A program made the translations under genes and the position numbers. The notes beneath the pieces are model-generated. The model was not told where the DNA came from and did not search any database. It saw only the letters and a program-made list of their open reading frames with translations. Positions 56,785 through 64,000 of a DNA stretch of 64,000 nucleotides are shown piece by piece (the first letter of the stretch is position 1; the number at the start of each line of letters is the position of its first letter). Source of the DNA: an uncultured Desulfosarcina sp. (GTDB lineage Bacteria; Desulfobacterota; Desulfobacteria; Desulfobacterales; Desulfosarcinaceae); NCBI GenBank assembly GCA_963674945.2, contig CAXXWQ010000004.1, forward strand, positions 224,001 to 288,000, written 5' to 3'.

Positions 56785-59217
56785 TTGGCAAACCAAATGA
56801 TTCGCGAACGAAAAAAAGAGCCAATACAAAACCTCCTTGCGACAAGTGCTACAGTGCGCTGGTCGCTTTTGTTTCTTATCGTTCTCATTTTTACGATTGC
56901 GCTATACCCGGAACTCGTGGTTCAGAAACAACGGTACCAAATCGGGGATGTGGCAAAAAAAGATGTCAAAGCCTCGGAAGACTTTTTCATTGAAGATAAG
57001 GACGCCACACAAAACCATCGAGATCAGGCAATCAATGACGTTCGAGCCGTATATGATTTCAATCCCAGGATTCTAAAAAATACAACACATCGCTTAAACG
57101 ATGCGTTTGCTCTTGTTCGCACACAGTACGAACAAGAGTTGGAAAAATCGGCAAACCAGATGGAGATCCAACCCAATTCCCTACCGGATGAAGAGGGGAA
57201 GCCTGATCTCGAAAATTTTCAGAGTGTTTCCCTTGAGAAACGAATGCTTGAAAAAAAGAACCTTTTCGAAGAGCGAATCGGCCTCAGTATCAGTGAAGGC
57301 GCCTTTTTAATCCTAATGAAAAATGAATTTACTACTGAAATCCCACGCCTGATAACGAATATCATTTCTCAATTACTAACAACCGGTGTGGTCGCCAACA
57401 AGGAAATTCTACTCAAAGAGGTGGACAAAGGAATCACGTTACGCAACGTGGTGACCTTGACCGAAGCCCATGTATTGAGCCTGAAACAATTCTATGGACC
57501 GGACCAAGCCAAGGCCATGGTGAGGGTCATCGGCGATCCCCTTCTCAAGGGAATGGATTACGCTCTTCTCAATCTTATTGTCGACTTATCTCAGCGATTG
57601 CTCCGTCCTAACATTACTTTGAACAGTCATGAAACAGAAGCCCGAAGAAAAATAGCCGATGAAAGCGTCAAGCCCGTTTTGTACATGATCAAGAAGGGAG
57701 AGATGCTGCTTCGGGAAGGCGAGCGCGTTACTCCGCTTCAGCTTCGTAAGATAGACGCCATGGTCGACCAGGCACAAACCCATCGTGTCCCCCTGGCAAG
57801 TTCGGCGGCCGCAGCACTTCTGACGATTATCCTGGTGATTCAATACCGCGTTCGACTCGTTGATAAGATGAAAGGATCGAATTTCGCCAATAAGGATTTG
57901 CTTTTTTTCAGTTGTATTATGGTGGCCTTCATCGTCCTGGTGAAATTTTCCACGACCGTTCCAGATGGCTGGTTTTTCGGACGCCCTCCCTCACTTCCAA
58001 CGGGATTCGGCATTCCCCTCGCCGCCGGCGCAATGGTCGTCTGTCTGTTTAAAGGACAAGAAATTGCCCTGATTTTTTCTCTAGCCCTGGCAGTGTGCGC
58101 AACAATGGTGCTCCAGGGAGGTCTGGAGACATTCATCTATTTCATCATCAGTTGCACCATGGCATCCTGGTGGCTTCAGGATTGCCGGGAAAGAAAAATC
58201 ATCATTAAAACGGGTGCAAAGATCGGATTGCTCAACACACTTTTGGCAACCGTCATTAACATTTATTTGGGCAACGCATCGTGGGGCACATTGCCATTTG
58301 ATTTGGTCGTTCCTTTTATCGGAGGGGTCGTCGCAGGGATCATTACCGTAGGCATCGCACCGGTAATCGAAATTCTATTTCGGTATACCACTGATATCAC
58401 GCTGCTGGAATTGGCCAACCTGGACCAGCCCATTTTGCGTAAGCTCATGCTGGAAGCACCCGGAACGTATCACCACAGCGTCGTGGTCGGCTCCCTTGTT
58501 GAGGCAGCGGCGGCCGACATCGGCGCAAGCCCGATCCTGGCAAAGGTCTGCGGGTATTATCACGACATCGGAAAATTGAAAAATCCTTTGTATTTCATCG
58601 AAAATCAATTGGGGGGAAAGAATCGGCACGACAAACTGGCACCTTCCATGTCCGCCTTGATCCTGATTGCACATGTAAAAAACGGAGTTGAAATCGCCCG
58701 GAAAAACAAACTCGGACAAACCATTATCGATACCATCCAGCAACATCATGGCAGCAGTTTGATCAGCTATTTTTATGAAAAGGCAAAAACGATCAAGGAC
58801 GAAAAATCAGTCAATATCGATGACTTCAGATATCCGGGTCCCTTGCCGCAGACGAAAGAGGCGGCGTTGGTCATGCTTGCTGATGTTGTCGAAGCGGCTT
58901 CCCGCACCTTGAGCAACCCGACCCCATCGCGCATTCAGGGTATGGTGCACAAACTGATCAACAAGGTTTTCTCCGACGGTCAATTGGACCATTGTGAGTT
59001 GACATTGAAAGATCTTCACCATATTGCAAAAAGCTTCAACAAGATCCTAAACGGGATTCATCACCATCGTATCGAATATCTGGAAAATTCGAACATCGTC
59101 TCCGGAAAGACCAAAAATGGAAGTGTTGATCGAAAACAGACAAAATCGCCACAACCTGCCGATGAAAAAGATAGAGAAGACGGCCAGACAAATATTAGAC
59201 GCCTTGGGATTTCCTGA
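56785..59217 (+). CDS. 7TM-HD (HDIG) phosphohydrolase, PgpH-like cyclic-di-AMP phosphodiesterase
   Basis: N-terminal TM, large extracytoplasmic domain, 7TM block, APGTYHHS, YHDIGK, FIENQ, QHHG, RYPGP.P, MLAD. Confidence 0.88.
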   Translation: MANQMIRERKKEPIQNLLATSATVRWSLLFLIVLIFTIALYPELVVQKQRYQIGDVAKKDVKASEDFFIEDKDATQNHRDQAINDVRAVYDFNPRILKNTTHRLNDAFALVRTQYEQELEKSANQMEIQPNSLPDEEGKPDLENFQSVSLEKRMLEKKNLFEERIGLSISEGAFLILMKNEFTTEIPRLITNIISQLLTTGVVANKEILLKEVDKGITLRNVVTLTEAHVLSLKQFYGPDQAKAMVRVIGDPLLKGMDYALLNLIVDLSQRLLRPNITLNSHETEARRKIADESVKPVLYMIKKGEMLLREGERVTPLQLRKIDAMVDQAQTHRVPLASSAAAALLTIILVIQYRVRLVDKMKGSNFANKDLLFFSCIMVAFIVLVKFSTTVPDGWFFGRPPSLPTGFGIPLAAGAMVVCLFKGQEIALIFSLALAVCATMVLQGGLETFIYFIISCTMASWWLQDCRERKIIIKTGAKIGLLNTLLATVINIYLGNASWGTLPFDLVVPFIGGVVAGIITVGIAPVIEILFRYTTDITLLELANLDQPILRKLMLEAPGTYHHSVVVGSLVEAAAADIGASPILAKVCGYYHDIGKLKNPLYFIENQLGGKNRHDKLAPSMSALILIAHVKNGVEIARKNKLGQTIIDTIQQHHGSSLISYFYEKAKTIKDEKSVNIDDFRYPGPLPQTKEAALVMLADVVEAASRTLSNPTPSRIQGMVHKLINKVFSDGQLDHCELTLKDLHHIAKSFNKILNGIHHHRIEYLENSNIVSGKTKNGSVDRKQTKSPQPADEKDREDGQTNIRRLGIS

Positions 59218-59560
59218 TGCCCAGTTGTCCGTTTTGATCGTTGACGACGACCAGATCGCATCCCTCAACAAGAACTACCTGAATCACACGGGCCCCACCA
59301 ACGTCATCTCTTTTCCCATGCAAGAAGGACCGTTTCCCGAAATCACCCCCGACGTTTTGGGCGATGTCGTGATTTCCGCCGACACGGCCCATAGGGAAGC
59401 CGTGGATGCCGACATGCCGATGATGTCCCGCATCTATCAACTCCTGATACACGGAATTCTTCATCTCGTCGGTTACGACCATGTCCACTCCAGAGAGGAA
59501 GCCATCCGGATGGAACGAAAAAGCGAGGAACTCTACGAACGCATTGTGAGGGAGGCGTAG
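59117..59560 (+). CDS. ybeY: rRNA maturation endoribonuclease YbeY
   Basis: PTNVISFP, LGDVVIS, HGILHLVGYDH. Confidence 0.95.
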   Translation: MEVLIENRQNRHNLPMKKIEKTARQILDALGFPDAQLSVLIVDDDQIASLNKNYLNHTGPTNVISFPMQEGPFPEITPDVLGDVVISADTAHREAVDADMPMMSRIYQLLIHGILHLVGYDHVHSREEAIRMERKSEELYERIVREA

Positions 59561-59563
59561 AAA

Positions 59564-61180
59564 ATGTTTCTGGTAACGGCGAGCGAAATGCAGAAAATGG
59601 ATCGAACCACCATCGAAACGTTTGGCGTGCCGGGCCGGGTTCTCATGGAAAACGCCGGCAGAGGCGCAACCGTGTTTTTTCTGGAAACCGTCTATCGTCA
59701 TCACCCCGGTGAAGTGGGTATCGCCGCCGGCAGAGGAAACAATGGTGGCGACGGCTTTGTCATGGCCCGTTATCTTCGTCAAAAGGGCATTCGAGCCACC
59801 GTGTTTCTCTTTGCCAAAAGGGATCGGGTCGCGGGTGACGCCGAAGTCAACCTGCGACTTCTGGATGCCATGGATATCCCCGTCGTGGAGATCGCCGATG
59901 AGACAGCCTTCGCTGCCCAGATACCATTGATGCGACGCCAGGTCACATGGATTGACGCTGTATTGGGAACGGGGCTCAATTCCGATGTTCGGGGACACTT
60001 TTACAACACCATCCAATTTATCAAGGACCAGAACCGACCGGTGTTTGCCGTGGATATCGCCTCGGGCCTCAATGCCGATACCGGCCAAATCTGCGGCATC
60101 TGCATTGAAGCGGACGCCACGGCTACCTTTGGTTTTCCCAAAATCGGACATATTGTCTATCCGGGACGCGAGTGCACCGGAAAACTGAAAGTCATCGAAA
60201 TCGGAATCCCCCCGCATGTAGCCGAAAATGTGGGCTGCCGGCAGCGACTCGTTTCCCCCTGGAACGTAAAACAAGAGATGCCCCGACGACCGAAAACCGC
60301 CCACAAAGGCCAAACCGGCCATCTGTTGATTATCGCCGGATCCGCAGGAAAAACCGGTGCCGCCGCCATGACGGCCACCTCCGCCATGCGTACCGGTGCA
60401 GGGTTGGTGACACTCGGAATCCCCAAGTCGCTCAATGGCATACTGGAGACCCTGGTGACGGAGGCCATGACCGTAGGGCTGCCCGAAACAGAGGAAATGA
60501 CCATCGATGAAACCGCATTCGAAACCATCGTCTCCCATTGCAAGGACAAGCGCTGCCTTGCAATGGGACCGGGGATCGGGACGCATCCCGCGACGGGTCG
60601 GCTTTTGGGGCGACTCATGGAAAACCTCAGGTTGCCCATGGTTTTGGACGCAGATGCCCTGAATTTGATCGCGAAAGACCCATCGATACTCACCAGGACG
60701 AAATCAGCGCTTGTGCTCACGCCGCACCCGGGAGAAATGGCAAGGCTCGGCGGTCATTCGACCGGAGAGATTCAGAGGGATCGCGTCGGCCATGCGCGTG
60801 CATTCGCCAAAAAATACGGCGTTCACTTGGTATTAAAAGGCCCGGCAACGATCATCGCCCAGCCGGATGAAACGGTCTATATCAATCCAACCGGTAATCC
60901 GGGAATGGCCGCAGGCGGCATGGGAGACGTTCTCACAGGGCTCATTGCCGGGCTCATTGTCCAGGGAACGGAAATCGGTGCGGCGGCGCGCACCGGGGTA
61001 TATCTCCATGGTCTTGCCGCCGATATCCTGGCGATACAAACGGCATCCTTCGGCTATCTGGCTACGGAGGTGATGAATTCCATTCCCCGCGCAATGACCA
61101 CATTGCACCAGATCGACGGCTCTGGCAATTGGCCAATCGTTGATCCTTTGCACTATCAGGCCCATGGAGCCGAATCGTAG
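59564..61180 (+). CDS. nnr: Bifunctional NAD(P)H-hydrate epimerase/dehydratase
   Basis: LMENAG, GNNGGDG, GTG, HKG, GAGLV, GPG, LDADAL, TPHPGE, GGMGDVLTG. Confidence 0.95.
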   Translation: MFLVTASEMQKMDRTTIETFGVPGRVLMENAGRGATVFFLETVYRHHPGEVGIAAGRGNNGGDGFVMARYLRQKGIRATVFLFAKRDRVAGDAEVNLRLLDAMDIPVVEIADETAFAAQIPLMRRQVTWIDAVLGTGLNSDVRGHFYNTIQFIKDQNRPVFAVDIASGLNADTGQICGICIEADATATFGFPKIGHIVYPGRECTGKLKVIEIGIPPHVAENVGCRQRLVSPWNVKQEMPRRPKTAHKGQTGHLLIIAGSAGKTGAAAMTATSAMRTGAGLVTLGIPKSLNGILETLVTEAMTVGLPETEEMTIDETAFETIVSHCKDKRCLAMGPGIGTHPATGRLLGRLMENLRLPMVLDADALNLIAKDPSILTRTKSALVLTPHPGEMARLGGHSTGEIQRDRVGHARAFAKKYGVHLVLKGPATIIAQPDETVYINPTGNPGMAAGGMGDVLTGLIAGLIVQGTEIGAAARTGVYLHGLAADILAIQTASFGYLATEVMNSIPRAMTTLHQIDGSGNWPIVDPLHYQAHGAES

Positions 61181-61684
61181 ATGAGTCACTTCTCCCCTGG
61201 CAGTAAGAATCACGCCGCTTTCGAGTTCATTACTCATTCGCCGGCCCAAACCAAAAAGTTGGGGCACAATCTGGGTCGAAGGCTGCGAGGCGGTCTTTCC
61301 CTTTTGCTTTTCGGCGATCTGGCTTGCGGAAAAACCGTATTCTGCAAAGGGGTTGCAAGTGGCCTGGAAGTTCCCGCATCCTATACGATTTCTAGCCCGA
61401 CCTATACGTTGATCAATGAATACCCGGGTCGCCTTCCATTTTTTCATGTTGATCTGTACCGGTTGCCGGAACCGGTCGAACCCGACGAGATCGGTCTTGA
61501 AGAAATCTTTGAAGATGGCGGCATCTGCGCCGTGGAGTGGTCCGAACGACTTCACATCGAGGACCGACCACCGTGTAGATTGGAACTGTTTTTTCGCGTC
61601 ACCGGTGATCTTTCCCGCCTGATCCGCACAATTGCATATGGACTTGACCCATCTGATCTGCTACATGGAATCGACATTTTTTGA
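61181..61684 (+). CDS. tsaE: tRNA threonylcarbamoyladenosine biosynthesis ATPase TsaE
   Basis: GDLACGKT, SPTYTLINEY, HVDLYRL, VEW. Confidence 0.94.
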   Translation: MSHFSPGSKNHAAFEFITHSPAQTKKLGHNLGRRLRGGLSLLLFGDLACGKTVFCKGVASGLEVPASYTISSPTYTLINEYPGRLPFFHVDLYRLPEPVEPDEIGLEEIFEDGGICAVEWSERLHIEDRPPCRLELFFRVTGDLSRLIRTIAYGLDPSDLLHGIDIF

Positions 61685-61724
61685 ATCATAAAAAGACCGC
61701 ATCAAGCGGTTGAGGTTTACGCTT

Positions 61725-62945
61725 ATGGCATTGATCGTCCAAAAATACGGCGGCACGTCCGTCGCCGATATCCAGCGGATTCGAAACGTAGCCAATCGTG
61801 TGTGCAGAACATATGATCGGGGAGAAAACGTGGTCGTCATCCTATCTGCCATGGCAGGTGTAACCGATCATCTCATCGGACTGGCCAACGCTGCTACGGA
61901 TGAACCCGATCGAAGAGAATTGGATGTTTTACTTGCCACCGGGGAACAGACCACAGCGGCACTTTTGGCTATGATGCTAAAGGGAATGGGGTACAAGGCA
62001 TGGTCGCTATTGGGACATCAGGCAGAGGTGGTAACCGACTGCGAATACGGCAATGCGCGCATTCTGGAAATCGGAACCGACCGAATCAATCGGTTGTTGT
62101 CGGACCGGAACATTATTGTGGTAGCCGGTTTCCAGGGAGTCGACATCAAAGGGAACATCACCACCCTGGGTCGTGGCGGCTCGGATACATCCGCCGTCGC
62201 CATCGCCGCGGCGCTTTCGGCAGATGTCTGTGAGATTTATACGGATGTAGACGGAATCTATACCGCCGATCCCAACATCTGTCCGAAAGCGAGAAAAATT
62301 AAGGAGATCTCCTACGACGAAATGCTCAACATGGCCAGCCTCGGTGCAAAGGTACTGCAAATTCGCTCTGTGGGTGTGGCCAAAAAGTACAACATTCCCG
62401 TCCACGTCAGATCATCATTTTCAGAGGAGGAAGGCACCATGGTTGTTCAGGAAGACTGTGTAATAGAGCAACTGGTCGTTTCCGGTGTGACACACGATTT
62501 GAATCAAGCGCGCATTACCCTCAAGAAGGTACCCGATCAACCGGGTATCGCGGCAAAAATTTTCTCTCCCGTCTCAGAAGCCGGCATTATCGTGGACATG
62601 ATCATCCAAAATACGCGCGCCGGCGGCCAGACGGACTTGACCTTTACCGTTCCCAAGGCAGAATACAAAAAGGCGATTGAAATCGAAAAGCAGGTAGCAG
62701 AGAAGATCGGCGCGGAAGAGGTTTTCGGCGACCCGCATATCGCCAAGGTTTCTGTTATCGGCGTTGGCATGAAAAATCATAGCGGCGTGGCCTCATTGAT
62801 GTTCAACACGCTGGCACGGGAGAACATCAACATCATCATGATCAGTACGTCCGAGATTCGAATCTCCTGTGTCATCGAGGAAAAATATGCAGAATTGGCT
62901 GTCCGGGTTCTTCACACCGCCTTCGGGTTAGACAGCGAACCGTGA
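61725..62945 (+). CDS. lysC: Aspartate kinase with two ACT domains
   Basis: VQKYGGTSV, SAM, TGE, GFQG, TTLGRGGSD, TDVDG..ADP, STSEI. Confidence 0.96.
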   Translation: MALIVQKYGGTSVADIQRIRNVANRVCRTYDRGENVVVILSAMAGVTDHLIGLANAATDEPDRRELDVLLATGEQTTAALLAMMLKGMGYKAWSLLGHQAEVVTDCEYGNARILEIGTDRINRLLSDRNIIVVAGFQGVDIKGNITTLGRGGSDTSAVAIAAALSADVCEIYTDVDGIYTADPNICPKARKIKEISYDEMLNMASLGAKVLQIRSVGVAKKYNIPVHVRSSFSEEEGTMVVQEDCVIEQLVVSGVTHDLNQARITLKKVPDQPGIAAKIFSPVSEAGIIVDMIIQNTRAGGQTDLTFTVPKAEYKKAIEIEKQVAEKIGAEEVFGDPHIAKVSVIGVGMKNHSGVASLMFNTLARENINIIMISTSEIRISCVIEEKYAELAVRVLHTAFGLDSEP

Positions 62946-63018
62946 AGCGATTTTCTGCAGACCAGATCCGTTTCGTTATCCTGGTCTGCGTTGTACTTTT
63001 GGCCCTTACCCTGTGGCG

Positions 63019-63774
63019 CTACTTCTCAACGTGAGCATTGGGCTCACCGGCCGACGATAATTCCCGGCGGATTTGCTTTGCGATCGTTTGTGCCGCGACT
63101 TTTGGGTCGGCAGCATCCCGGATGGGCCTGCCGATCACGATATAATCGGCGCCCCTCCGGATTGCCTCGACCGGTGTCACCACCCGGGATTGATCGTCTG
63201 CGGGAACCCGGCTGCCGCCGGGTCGGATCCCCGGTGTCACCAATTGAAAATCTTTGCCCAGGATCGTTCGAATCTCTTTCACCTCTTGACCGGAACAAAC
63301 GATGCCGGCACAGCCGGCTGCTTTGGCCATGGCCGCTCTTTCCATGACCAATTGTGACAAATCCGTTGCATACCGGTCTTGAAAGCCTGCCGCGGCGATA
63401 TCCTGCGATGTCACACTGGTGAGAACCGTGACGCCTAACACGTTTACCCTATCGGCAGCTCCTTCCACGGCCGCCTCCAGCATGGACAGGCTCTCACCGC
63501 AGTGAACCGTGGCAAAAAAAACACCGAGATCGGCAACCCGGGACATGGCCCGCTTGACGGTAACGGGGATATCGTGAAGTTTCAGATCCAAAAAGACGTT
63601 GGCCGATCCGGCCTGCCGAATCCATTGAATCACATCCGGCCCGGATCGAATAAACAGCTCAAGCCCCACCTTGAACATCCCGACATCGTCGGCCAAACGA
63701 TCTATCAATGAGCGTGCCGCCTCGGGAGAGGATACATCCAGCGGAAAAACAATATAATCTTTTGCTTGTTTCAT
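63019..63774 (-). CDS. pyrF: Orotidine-5'-phosphate decarboxylase
   Basis: FKVGLELF, FLDLKLHDIP, VTVLTS, TPGIR, DQSRV.TP, VIGRPI. Confidence 0.96.
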   Translation of the reverse strand: MKQAKDYIVFPLDVSSPEAARSLIDRLADDVGMFKVGLELFIRSGPDVIQWIRQAGSANVFLDLKLHDIPVTVKRAMSRVADLGVFFATVHCGESLSMLEAAVEGAADRVNVLGVTVLTSVTSQDIAAAGFQDRYATDLSQLVMERAAMAKAAGCAGIVCSGQEVKEIRTILGKDFQLVTPGIRPGGSRVPADDQSRVVTPVEAIRRGADYIVIGRPIRDAADPKVAAQTIAKQIRRELSSAGEPNAHVEK

Positions 63775-63918
63775 AATATCTTTTCGACAGAGAAATTGTT
63801 ACCAATATTTCCGGCGTTGACGCACCAGTTGACACCTTTTGCCCAATTGTGCCATTTTCGGTTTCTAATTTCAATTGCAACCATTGGCAATCCCGATCAT
63901 CGAGTATTATAAAACCCA

Positions 63919-64000
63919 ATGCCCATGAACAATATCAGCATCATCCTCGTTGAACCCCAAGGCCCCATCAATGTCGGATCCGTATGCCGCGCCATGATGA
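63919..64000 (+). CDS. trmJ: TrmJ/LasT family SPOUT RNA methyltransferase, 5' part only
   Basis: Manual translation MPMNNISIILVEPQGPINVGSVCRAMM; runs off the window. Confidence 0.75.
   Translation, partial: MPMNNISIILVEPQGPINVGSVCRAMM

Noticed and set aside
59195..60586. 463-aa minus-strand ORF
   Set aside because: Antisense shadow of ybeY and nnr; no motifs.
1..64000. CRISPR arrays, tRNA/rRNA genes, transposases, integrases, prophage or defence genes, selenocysteine readthrough
   Set aside because: None recognised by eye; intergenic gaps are short and TGA-ending genes appear complete. tRNAscan and Rfam scans were not run.

Overview
Gene-dense, mostly core-chromosome window. Gene content and small conserved hypotheticals suggest a sulfate-reducing Desulfobacterota, probably Desulfosarcina-like; this is inferred, not shown. 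Left to right: (1) a pseudaminic-acid cluster (pseB, pseC, a PseF/SpsF-PseG fusion, a sialidase-like BNR protein, an ATP-grasp protein, pseI) downstream of a TPR gene that has a sigma28-type promoter; (2) a six-gene hydrogenase-4/complex I-like operon whose large subunit has lost the Ni-binding Cys motifs (Ehr type); (3) converging on it at a shared 22-bp hairpin, a CBS / DASS anion transporter / CBS / tandem gamma-carbonic-anhydrase-like operon; (4) housekeeping genes including folE2, ttcA, rpoZ, greA, psd, tsaB, lon, pilD, apbC, miaB, recJ, kdsD, pfkA, waaA, fba, mazG, cvpA, phoH-HD-ybeY-nnr-tsaE-lysC, pyrF and the start of trmJ. Also present: a 126-bp inverted-repeat element with related short remnants, a radical-SAM gene fragment and two probable flagellar-regulon orphans. 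No rRNA, tRNA, CRISPR array, transposase or prophage was seen. The most interesting region is 10.8-22.5 kb (the Ni-less Ehr complex facing the DASS/gamma-CA operon), followed by the extra enzymes in the Pse cluster. All product calls come from motif recognition by eye.
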